A DNA stretch of 53,250 nucleotides. Source: Frankiaceae bacterium (GTDB taxonomy: Bacteria; Actinomycetota; Actinomycetes; JAFAQI01). Below the pieces are notes generated by a model. That model had not been told where the DNA came from, did no database searches, and worked only from the letters and a program-made list of their open reading frames with translations. Of the stretch, positions 18,748 to 26,855 are shown piece by piece; position 1 is the first letter of the stretch; every line of letters begins with the position of its first letter. The stretch lies in the NCBI GenBank assembly GCA_025929315.1, contig JAICMI010000004.1, forward strand, positions 1-53,250, given 5' to 3'. Both the position numbers and the translations under genes were made by a program.

Positions 18748-19983
18748 TCAGGGCTTGATGGCCACCTTGACGGCGCCGCTGTTCGCCTGGTCGGCGATCG
18801 TGCAGAACGCGTCCCGCCACTGATCGAGTGAGAACACGTGGGTGAGCATGGGACTGAGGTCAACGCGGCCGGCAGCAGCCAGTTCGAGGTAGTGCTCCAT
18901 GGCGTGCTTGCGCACGCCGTTGACGGTTTCGATGCCGAACGCGTTGCTGCCGACCCAGCGCAGCTCTTTGAAGTCGAGCGGGCTCCACTCCCAGCGCGCC
19001 GGCGCATGCACGCCCGCCTTGACGATGGTGCCGCGGGTCGTCAGCAGGCGAGCCGAGATCGCGGCCGAGTCGGGCTTGCCCACGGTGTCGTAGGCCACGT
19101 CGACGAAGCCGGGATGACACATCGGCAGGCCCGGCTGGTCGGGATGACGACGCAGCACACCGCCGGACCACTGCGCCAGCGTCTCGAGGACCTCGTCGCC
19201 CGGCTCGTGAGCAGTGACCAGGTGCGCGCCGAGCTCCTTGGCGAGTGCGGCCTGGTGAGGGAAGCGGGCCACGACGGCGACGTCGACGTCTGGATAGAGC
19301 GTGCGGAGGAGCGCCACAGCGCACAGCCCGAGCGAGCCGGCACCCCACACGAGCGCCTTGCCGCCGGGCGGAGGCGGGTTGTGCGTCACGGCGTGCAGCG
19401 ACACCGAGAACGGGTCGGCAAACACAGCCCTGTCATCGGGTACGACGTCCGGCACCCGGTGCAGCATCGACGAGTGCGCCGGGAGCAGCTCGGCGTAGCC
19501 GCCGGTGGCGTCGGCCGCAACACCGGTGTGGATGCCGGCACTGATGTCGCCCGAGGTGAAGCTCCAACACAGGCTCAGGTCGCCAGCTTCGCACGACGGA
19601 CAGACCGGGTCGATGCCGCGCGGTCGGCACGACAGCCACGGGTTGAGGACGACGCGGTCACCCACGTCGAACCCCTCGGCTTGCGGCCCGAGCGAGACGA
19701 CCTCGCCCACCACCTCGTGGCCGAGCACCTGCGGGAACGAGCAGAACGCGATCATCGCGCTGTCCGCGCCGCCCTCACCGAAGTCGAGCAGCACCTGCTT
19801 GGAGTCCGAGCCGCAGATGCCGGTGAGCAACGGTCGGACGACGAGCCAGTCCGGTCGCAGCGGTGCGGCGTCGGGCACGTCACGCAGACCGACCGGCGAG
19901 ACGGCGAGATTGCGCATCAGCGCGGGGGCATCGGCGGGCGCTTTCCAGCCGTCCGGCTCCGTCCCGAAGACGAGCGCCTTCAT
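18748..19983 (-). CDS. Zinc-binding (MDR) alcohol/polyol dehydrogenase
   Basis: GICGSD, LGHE, structural Zn C..C..C..C, GAGSLG. Confidence 0.9.
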   Translation of the reverse strand: MKALVFGTEPDGWKAPADAPALMRNLAVSPVGLRDVPDAAPLRPDWLVVRPLLTGICGSDSKQVLLDFGEGGADSAMIAFCSFPQVLGHEVVGEVVSLGPQAEGFDVGDRVVLNPWLSCRPRGIDPVCPSCEAGDLSLCWSFTSGDISAGIHTGVAADATGGYAELLPAHSSMLHRVPDVVPDDRAVFADPFSVSLHAVTHNPPPPGGKALVWGAGSLGLCAVALLRTLYPDVDVAVVARFPHQAALAKELGAHLVTAHEPGDEVLETLAQWSGGVLRRHPDQPGLPMCHPGFVDVAYDTVGKPDSAAISARLLTTRGTIVKAGVHAPARWEWSPLDFKELRWVGSNAFGIETVNGVRKHAMEHYLELAAAGRVDLSPMLTHVFSLDQWRDAFCTIADQANSGAVKVAIKP

Positions 19984-20027
19984 GTGCGAGACCTCATTTG
20001 CGCCGCCCAAGCTCTGCCGCTTTACTG

Positions 20028-20053
20028 ATCTTCGCGGTTTCTTTTAGATCTTA
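20028..20053. promoter_or_regulatory. Shared motif copy 2 (core TCTAAAAGA on the minus strand, 20040-20048)
   Basis: ATCTTCGCGGTTTCTTTTAGATCTTA lies in the divergent MDR/SDR intergenic region. The core matches the other two copies; the flanks are degenerate. Confidence 0.55.
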
Positions 20054-20075
20054 ACCCTGATAGGAGTTCTCGCCC

Positions 20076-20861
20076 ATGGACGTGCAGGGGGCGACGGTCC
20101 TGCTCACCGGCGCATCGTCCGGCATCGGCGCGGCTACGGCGCGCATGCTCGCCAAGCGCGGAGCGGTGCTCGGGTTGGTCGCGCGACGCAAGGACAGGTT
20201 GGAGGAGGTGCTCGCCGACTGCCGGGGTGACAGCCCGGAATCGCGGATCTGGGCGGTCGACCTGTCCGACCTCGACGCCGCCGAACACGTCGTCCGTGAA
20301 GCCATCGAGCACTTCGGTCACCTCGACGTCCTGCTCAACAACGCCGGTGCGCCCAAGCGCCGCCACGTCCGCGACCTGACGCCCGCCGAGGTCGAGGACA
20401 CGATGCGAATCAACTTCTTCTCGCCGGTGCGGATGATGCTGGCGGCGCTGCCGTCAATGCTGGAGCGCCGTCGCGGCCTGATCGTCAACGTCGGCAGCAT
20501 GGCCGGACGCATCGGGGTGCCGACCGAGTCGGCCTACTCGGCGAGCAAGTTCGCCATCGGCGGATGGAGCGAGGCATGCGCCCTCGACCTTGCCGGGTCG
20601 GGCGTCGACATCCGGCTGATCTCGCCGGGCGCATTTGCCACCGAGATCTGGGACCAGCCCGGCAGTGACGACGCGTTCTACGACGGGCCGATGGCGCCAC
20701 CGGAGGAGTGCGCAGAAGCAATCCTCGCGGCCATCGAAGGTGAGACGTTCGAGACCTACGCGCCGGCCGGCTATCGCGACATCGTCGTCGACAAGACACG
20801 CGACTTCGACCAGTTCAAGTCCATGGTGCTGAGCCACTCGGATGCAGGAGCGACATCGTGA
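20076..20861 (+). CDS. SDR family oxidoreductase
   Basis: TGASSGIG, NNAG, YSASK; AGGAG RBS. Confidence 0.9.
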   Translation: MDVQGATVLLTGASSGIGAATARMLAKRGAVLGLVARRKDRLEEVLADCRGDSPESRIWAVDLSDLDAAEHVVREAIEHFGHLDVLLNNAGAPKRRHVRDLTPAEVEDTMRINFFSPVRMMLAALPSMLERRRGLIVNVGSMAGRIGVPTESAYSASKFAIGGWSEACALDLAGSGVDIRLISPGAFATEIWDQPGSDDAFYDGPMAPPEECAEAILAAIEGETFETYAPAGYRDIVVDKTRDFDQFKSMVLSHSDAGATS

Positions 20862-21493
20862 GCATGCACGACGAGGTTCTTGCCGCAGCAAAGGACATGC
20901 TGCGGCTCAACCTCACCGCAGGAACCAGCGGCAACGTGTCCGGGCGACTCGAGGACGGCTCGGTCGTCATCACGCCGTCGTCGATCGACTACGAGACGAT
21001 GACGCTGGCCGACCTCGTCGTACTCGATGCGTCGGGCGAGGTCATCGAAGGAACCCGTTCGCCGTCGAGCGAAAAGCTCGTGCACATCGCCTGCTACAAG
21101 CGTTTTCCGGAAGTCCAGTCGGTCATCCACGCGCATCCGGTCTATGCGTCGATGTTCGCGGTCGCGCGCCAACCGATCCCGTCGGCGATCGACGAGTTCG
21201 CCGTCTACGTCGGCGGTGACGTGCCGGTCGCGGACTACGCGATGACCGGTTCGTCAGAGCTCGGCGAGAACGCGGCCGACTGTCTCGTTGATGTCGGCTC
21301 GGCACTCCTCGCCAACCACGGCACGGTGACGGTGAGCGACTCGCCGGAACGCGCGATCCACCAGCTCGGCGTTGTCGAACGCGCAGCACAGATCGTGTGG
21401 GGTGCGCGCATCCTCGGCGGCGACGCCGAGTTGCCCTCGTCGACCAACGAGACCCTTGGCGGCTACTACCGAATGATGCGCAAGCCCTCGTGA
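20858..21493 (+). CDS. fucA: Class II aldolase (L-fuculose-phosphate aldolase-like; resembles M. tuberculosis Rv0727c)
   Basis: GTSGNVS, ITPSS, PSSEKLVH, IHAHP and LLANHG Zn ligands. Confidence 0.85.
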   Translation: MSMHDEVLAAAKDMLRLNLTAGTSGNVSGRLEDGSVVITPSSIDYETMTLADLVVLDASGEVIEGTRSPSSEKLVHIACYKRFPEVQSVIHAHPVYASMFAVARQPIPSAIDEFAVYVGGDVPVADYAMTGSSELGENAADCLVDVGSALLANHGTVTVSDSPERAIHQLGVVERAAQIVWGARILGGDAELPSSTNETLGGYYRMMRKPS

Positions 21494-22812
21494 CTGCGGC
21501 ATCCGACCAGATCACGGTCGGCGTCGACATCGGGACCACGTCGGTCAAGGCCGTCGCGGTGAACGCAGCCGGCGAAGTCGTTGCCCGCACGCGGGTGCCG
21601 CACAAGATCCAGGCAACGAGCGACCGGCTTCGACACGATGCCGATCAGGCCTGGCGCCGCGGGCCGCGTCGTGCATTGAAAGCCCTCGGCGGTCTAGCGC
21701 CGAAGGCGCTCAGCGTCACGGGCATGGTGCCGTCGATGGCGGCGGTGGATCGTCGCGGCAAACCGACAACGGACGGGCTGCTCTACGGCGACGCCGAGGG
21801 CCGACCCGCCGATCGCCACGGAATGCCGGATCTCGTCGGGGACGCCCCGGAGTTCCTGCGTGCACTCGTGCGCATGGCCCCGGAAGCCGCCGGCTACTGG
21901 TCGGCGCAGACGACGGCGACCGTCGCTCTCGGTGGGCCGCCTGTCCTCGCCGGCGACGTCGCGATGGTGTTGTGGCCGCTGTCAACCGGTGAGGCCTGGG
22001 ACCAGTCGGTGCTCGACGAATGTGGCGTCTCGGTCGACCAGGTGCCGCAGATCGTGCCGAGCCGTACGCCGGTCGCCGACGTCGACGGAATGCTGCTCGA
22101 CGGTGGCGCGATCGACGTTGCCTGCGAGCGGATCATCTCCGGCATCGAGGACGGCGACGCGCTCGTCATCTGCGGCAGCACGCTGATCGTCATGGCAGCT
22201 TTGCCGCCGGGGGCGACGCCTCCGGCGGAGATCATCGCCTACCCCGACGAGACCGGGGCGCAGACCGCGACTGCTGCCAGCAACGCCGGCGGATTGTTCC
22301 TCAACTGGGTGGATCGGACGACCGTGAAGTCGCGGGGTCCCGTCGACCCCGAGCAGGTGCCGGTCTGGCTGCCCTACATCCGCGGCGAGCGAACGCCGTG
22401 GAACGACCCGAACCGGCGCGCTGTCCTGGCTGACGTCCACCAGGGTCACGACGCCGCGGCAGTTCGACGGGGCGCGTTCGAGGCGAGCGCGTTCGTCGCG
22501 CGCCACTTGCTCGAGATGATGGATCTGTCGCCGAGACGCATCGTCGCGCTCGGTGGCGGCACTCAGGTCGACGGCTGGATGCAGGCACTCGCGGACGCGC
22601 TTTGCGCGCCGGTCGATGCAGCGACGGATCCCGAGACCGGCGCCATCGGCGCCGCGTTCTGTGCGCGTCTCACCGCCGGCCTCGAAGGCGACCTGCGCGA
22701 CGGTGCCCGGTGGGCGCGCTCCGCTCGACGCTTCGAGCCGAACGCCGACTGGACCGACCCGGTGAAGCGCCGCTACACCAGATTCCGCGAGCTCGCTCAG
22801 CAAGGTCGTTAG
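21490..22812 (+). CDS. FGGY-family carbohydrate kinase (resembles Rv0729 XylB)
   Basis: GVDIGTTSVK, LPYIRGERTP, GGGTQ..GWMQ. GTGA overlap with the aldolase. Confidence 0.85.
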   Translation: MTAASDQITVGVDIGTTSVKAVAVNAAGEVVARTRVPHKIQATSDRLRHDADQAWRRGPRRALKALGGLAPKALSVTGMVPSMAAVDRRGKPTTDGLLYGDAEGRPADRHGMPDLVGDAPEFLRALVRMAPEAAGYWSAQTTATVALGGPPVLAGDVAMVLWPLSTGEAWDQSVLDECGVSVDQVPQIVPSRTPVADVDGMLLDGGAIDVACERIISGIEDGDALVICGSTLIVMAALPPGATPPAEIIAYPDETGAQTATAASNAGGLFLNWVDRTTVKSRGPVDPEQVPVWLPYIRGERTPWNDPNRRAVLADVHQGHDAAAVRRGAFEASAFVARHLLEMMDLSPRRIVALGGGTQVDGWMQALADALCAPVDAATDPETGAIGAAFCARLTAGLEGDLRDGARWARSARRFEPNADWTDPVKRRYTRFRELAQQGR

Positions 22813-24299
22813 GCCGCGAAGCACCAGATGCCGGTGGCTTGGGGCGGCACGCGCGAGGACTGGTCGAAGTAGGTGCCGGTGCCGAACACGATGTTCTGGC
22901 CCGAGATGGCGACTCCGCCGGACGCGGCGGCGGCAACGGGCACGTGCCAGACCAGCAGGCCGTCCGTCGCGTCGTAAGCGTTGACGGCGAACTCCGTCGT
23001 GTCGGAGGCGAAGACGATGCCGCCGGCGACCGTGACCGGCGCGTAGGACGGCGCCTGCGCGGGCTGGTTCCACACGACGGCGCCGGTGACCAGATCGACG
23101 GCGTGCAGCGACGTGAGTCGTTCCGGGTCTGTGGTGGTGCCGGCCCCGCCATCGGGAGAGGCGGGGATGGCGCTGTCCCCGTAGAGCACTGGATGGTGTG
23201 AGGTCGGATCGGTTGCGACGGCGACCGATCCGATGAAGCCTCCGACGCTCGAGCCGACGGCGGCTTGCACGCTGCGTACGAGCCGGCCGTTGTCACGATC
23301 GATGGCGTAGACCCAGCCGGACTTGCCGGCTTGTACGGCGACGTCCTTGCCGCCGACCTCGGTGAGAACGACCGACGCGCCGAAGTCGTTGTCCTGACCA
23401 TGGTTGGCGGCAGGCTCGTGGAACGTCCAGACGGGTCGGCCGTCCGTGGCGCGCAGCGCCCATACGCGTTGCGTGTCCCTGCCCGACTGAAGGTTGCAGT
23501 TGCCCCCACCGAAGAAGAGCATCTGCCGCCGGGGGTCCAACGCAGGCGAGCTCCAGATGTCACCGCACGCCGTTTCCGGGTGCGAGCGTCTGCCCAGGTT
23601 GTGCACGACCTCGTCTTTTTCGGCGTCGTACTTCCAGCGCAGTGCGCCGGTGCGCGCGTCGATGGCGAGCATGCCACCGTCCGCGGAGTGGGGGTCCTCG
23701 TTGGAGTCCATCCCGACGAACACGACCGGATCGCGACCGTGTCCGCGGTTCCAGACCACGGGCGAGGACTCGACCTCGGTCGTGCTGGCGGGGTGCGACG
23801 GGTCGGCGTCGACGGCCCAGCGGGCGCGGCCGTTGTCAGCGTCGACCGCGTAGACCGTGCCACCTGCCGCGAAGACCACCGTCGGGCCCAGGGAGGGCAC
23901 CTCGACCGCACTCGCCGAGGCAGTGATGCGGCCATAGGAGACGTCGTGCCGGTCGACGTGCTCCGGGTTGTGGCCGGTATCGAACGTCCACGTGTCCTTG
24001 CCGGTGGCCATGTCGACCGCATGCATCCTGCCGGTGCCGTCACCGACGAAGGCGTGGCCCCAGGCAATGGCGGGTTCTGCGGTGACGGCGCCGTCCGTCT
24101 GAAGGAACCAGCGCGGCTGGAGCTTGGCGGCGCCGAGCGCCGTGAGGCTGCTGCACGTGGCATCGGCTGTTCGTGCTGGGTCGTGCTGGAACATCGGCCA
24201 GTCGGTGTTGCACGGAGCGGCGGCGTGTGTGACCGCCGGACTCACGACCGTCATCGCGGCGAGCGAGAGCCCGGCCCCGAGCAACGTCGCGCGCCGCAT
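22809..24299 (-). CDS. Secreted PQQ-binding-like beta-propeller (PVA-dehydrogenase-like, no haem domain)
   Basis: Signal peptide MRRATLLG; DWPMFQHD; repeated A.D..TG...W docking motifs; IWSSPALD; DNDFGAS. Confidence 0.8.
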   Translation of the reverse strand: MRRATLLGAGLSLAAMTVVSPAVTHAAAPCNTDWPMFQHDPARTADATCSSLTALGAAKLQPRWFLQTDGAVTAEPAIAWGHAFVGDGTGRMHAVDMATGKDTWTFDTGHNPEHVDRHDVSYGRITASASAVEVPSLGPTVVFAAGGTVYAVDADNGRARWAVDADPSHPASTTEVESSPVVWNRGHGRDPVVFVGMDSNEDPHSADGGMLAIDARTGALRWKYDAEKDEVVHNLGRRSHPETACGDIWSSPALDPRRQMLFFGGGNCNLQSGRDTQRVWALRATDGRPVWTFHEPAANHGQDNDFGASVVLTEVGGKDVAVQAGKSGWVYAIDRDNGRLVRSVQAAVGSSVGGFIGSVAVATDPTSHHPVLYGDSAIPASPDGGAGTTTDPERLTSLHAVDLVTGAVVWNQPAQAPSYAPVTVAGGIVFASDTTEFAVNAYDATDGLLVWHVPVAAAASGGVAISGQNIVFGTGTYFDQSSRVPPQATGIWCFAA

Positions 24300-24334
24300 G
24301 CGACAACGTTCGCCGCCGGCGGGCGGGGACCTGC

Positions 24335-25312
24335 CTAGCCGAGCACCTCGGGGTTGATGCAGTTGTTGGGCTTGTCGCCGGTCAAGATCGCGGCGATGCC
24401 GTCGGCCATCTGCTGCGCGTGGTTGGCCTCGACGTTGTAGGTCGCGCCGCCGATGTGCGGGGTGAGCACCACGTTGGGCAGCTGCGCCAGCGCTGAGTCG
24501 GGCGCGAGGACCTCACCGTCGAAGTGGTCAAGTCCTGCGCTCGCGAGATGCCCCGACCTCAGGGCGTCGACAAGTGCATCGACGTCGTGCAGCGCCGCCC
24601 GCGCCGCGTTGAGATAGATCGCGCCTTCTTTCATCTGCGCGAACTGCTTCTCGCTCATCATCTTCATCGTCTCGGGGACGACCGGGGCGTGCATCGACAC
24701 CACATCGGCCTCGGCCAGGAGGTCGTCGAGGGCGTAGGTCGCGTCGTCCGCGTAGGGGTCGTAGGCGATGACCCGCATGCCGAGCCCCTCGAGCCTCCAG
24801 GCAAGTGCGCGGCCGATCGCGCCGTACCCGACGATCCCCGCGGTGCGGCCGTTGACCTCCCAGCCGCGGAAGCGCTGATAGGGGATCGTGCCGTCGCGAT
24901 AGGTCTCACCGGCGCGGACGTCGTCGTCGGCGGGGACGATGTGACGGGCTGCTGCGAAGAGCAGACCGACCGTCAGCTCGGCGACCGCGTCGGCGTTGCG
25001 ACCGGGCGCGTGGAGCACCGGGATGCCCCGCTCGGTCGCCGCCGGCACGTCGACGTTGGTGGGGTCGCCCCGGGTCGCGCCGATGACGACCGGCTTGAGG
25101 TCAAGGGTGGCCGGGCCGACCCGGTCGCCCTCGCAGATCACGATCGTGGCGCCCTCGGCCTGCACTCGCTCCGCAAGCTGTTCGTCGTTGTAGAGCCGCA
25201 GCGGCTTCTGCTCGATGAAGGGCTCGTAGACGATGTCCGCAAGCTCTTTGAGCGCGTCAAAACCCGGTCCCCGCATGGGCGCGAGCACCAGCGCCCTCTG
25301 TTCCCTGCTCAT
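24335..25312 (-). CDS. D-2-hydroxyacid dehydrogenase (resembles Rv0728c SerA2)
   Basis: TRGDPTNVDV, PGRNADAVAE, GYGAIG, LNAAR, LTPHIGG. No ACT domain. Confidence 0.9.
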   Translation of the reverse strand: MSREQRALVLAPMRGPGFDALKELADIVYEPFIEQKPLRLYNDEQLAERVQAEGATIVICEGDRVGPATLDLKPVVIGATRGDPTNVDVPAATERGIPVLHAPGRNADAVAELTVGLLFAAARHIVPADDDVRAGETYRDGTIPYQRFRGWEVNGRTAGIVGYGAIGRALAWRLEGLGMRVIAYDPYADDATYALDDLLAEADVVSMHAPVVPETMKMMSEKQFAQMKEGAIYLNAARAALHDVDALVDALRSGHLASAGLDHFDGEVLAPDSALAQLPNVVLTPHIGGATYNVEANHAQQMADGIAAILTGDKPNNCINPEVLG

Positions 25313-25335
25313 CTTCTAAAAGATAGTATGGACGG
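25312..25335. promoter_or_regulatory. Shared motif copy 3 plus two overlapping leaderless divergent promoters
   Basis: ATCTTCTAAAAGAT has 5-bp arms. On plus, TAGTAT lies 6 nt before GTG 25336. On minus, TATCTT lies 7 nt before ATG 25312. Confidence 0.75.
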
Positions 25336-26853
25336 GTGAAAGAGCTCATCTACGCCCGGCTCTTCCTGCCGGCCGCGGAGCGGCACGCGCAACGAGCGGC
25401 CATCCACGACGGCACCTACTCGGCGACGTTCGGCGAGCACGCCACCCGCGCGCTGCAGCTGACCGACGCGCTCGGCTCCGGTCTCGGGCTCAGCCGCGAG
25501 GACCGGTTCGCGGTCGTCGCTCTCAACGGTCACCGCTACCTCGAGCTCTACCACGCCGCCTTCCTCGGCGGCGCCGTCATCAACCCCGTCAACTACCGCC
25601 TCGCCGACCGCGAGACCGCCCACGTCCTCAAGCACTCCGGCGCCCGAGTCGTGTTCGTCGACGCTGCTTTCGCCGAGCGGGTGCAGGCGATCGTCGACTC
25701 GGGCGAGACATCCGTCGAGCGGGTCGTGTCACTCGACGACGACTACGAGGATCTGCTCGCTTCTGGCAACGACGTCGTGCCGGCCGAGCCGGACGAAGAG
25801 TCGCTGCCGATGTTGATGTACACCGGCGGCACCACCGGCATGCCCAAGGGCGTCGCGAGCACGCAGCGCGCGCAGATGCTCAACCTCTACCACCTCGCAA
25901 TGGTGCAGGGACTTGCCTTCAACGAAGAAGCGGTCTACCTGCACCACATGCCGATGTTCCACTCGATGGGCGCCAACGCTGCACTCTCGGCGGCTGCGTT
26001 CGGCACCGAGGCAACTGTCATTCCGGCGTTCGAGCCGGGCGCGTTCATGACCGCGGTCGCGAAGCACGGCGTCACCGAGACGGTGCTCGTGCCGACGATG
26101 ATCGCGATGATCCTGCGGCATCCCGACTACGCGCCGGATCGGCTGAGCAGCCTCAAGCGCATCGGCTACGGCGGCATGGCGATGCCACATGCGCTGCTGG
26201 CCAAGCTGCAGGAGTCGTCGCCCGACATCCAGCTGCTGCAGGGCTACGGCATGACGGAGGCGTGCCCGACGCTGACGTTCCTGACGGCCGAGGATCACCT
26301 GCGCGGCGAGGACAAGCGGCACTCCGTCGGACGGCCGCTGCCCGGTGTCGATGTCGCGATCTTCGACGGCGACGGCAACAGGCTTGCCACCGGTGAGGTC
26401 GGCGAGGTCTGCGCGCGCGGCGGCAACATCATGACCGGCTACTGGGAAAACCCCGAAGCGACAGCCAAGGTGTTCCGTGACGGCTGGTATCGCACCGGCG
26501 ACCTCGGCAAGTTCGACGCCGACGGCTACCTCTACCTCGTCGACCGTGTGGACGACATGATCGTGACCGGTGGAGAGAACGTCTACTCGATCGAGGTCGA
26601 GAACGCACTGACCACCTATCCAGGCGTCGTGCAGGTTGCCGTTGTCGGCGTGCCCGACGAGGTCTGGGGCCAACGCGTGCACGGCATCGTCGTCCTCGCT
26701 CCCGACGCTGCCGGTACGACGGAAGAACAGCTCGCCGAGCACGCGCGGAAGTCGATCGCCGGCTACAAGGTCCCCAAGACGTGGGAGCTGCGCACCGAAC
26801 CGCTTCCGGTGTCCGGCGCGGGCAAGCCGCTCAAGCGCGAACTCCGCTCCTAG
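25336..26853 (+). CDS. Long-chain acyl-CoA synthetase
   Basis: YTGGTTGMPKG, GYGMTE, YRTGDLG, TGGENVYSIEVE and AGKPLK motifs. Confidence 0.92.
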   Translation: MKELIYARLFLPAAERHAQRAAIHDGTYSATFGEHATRALQLTDALGSGLGLSREDRFAVVALNGHRYLELYHAAFLGGAVINPVNYRLADRETAHVLKHSGARVVFVDAAFAERVQAIVDSGETSVERVVSLDDDYEDLLASGNDVVPAEPDEESLPMLMYTGGTTGMPKGVASTQRAQMLNLYHLAMVQGLAFNEEAVYLHHMPMFHSMGANAALSAAAFGTEATVIPAFEPGAFMTAVAKHGVTETVLVPTMIAMILRHPDYAPDRLSSLKRIGYGGMAMPHALLAKLQESSPDIQLLQGYGMTEACPTLTFLTAEDHLRGEDKRHSVGRPLPGVDVAIFDGDGNRLATGEVGEVCARGGNIMTGYWENPEATAKVFRDGWYRTGDLGKFDADGYLYLVDRVDDMIVTGGENVYSIEVENALTTYPGVVQVAVVGVPDEVWGQRVHGIVVLAPDAAGTTEEQLAEHARKSIAGYKVPKTWELRTEPLPVSGAGKPLKRELRS

Positions 26854-26855
26854 CA

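Noticed and set aside
20858-22812. Canonical fucose or xylose utilisation operon
   Set aside because: No isomerase, mutarotase or sugar transporter is present, so the substrate is left unassigned.
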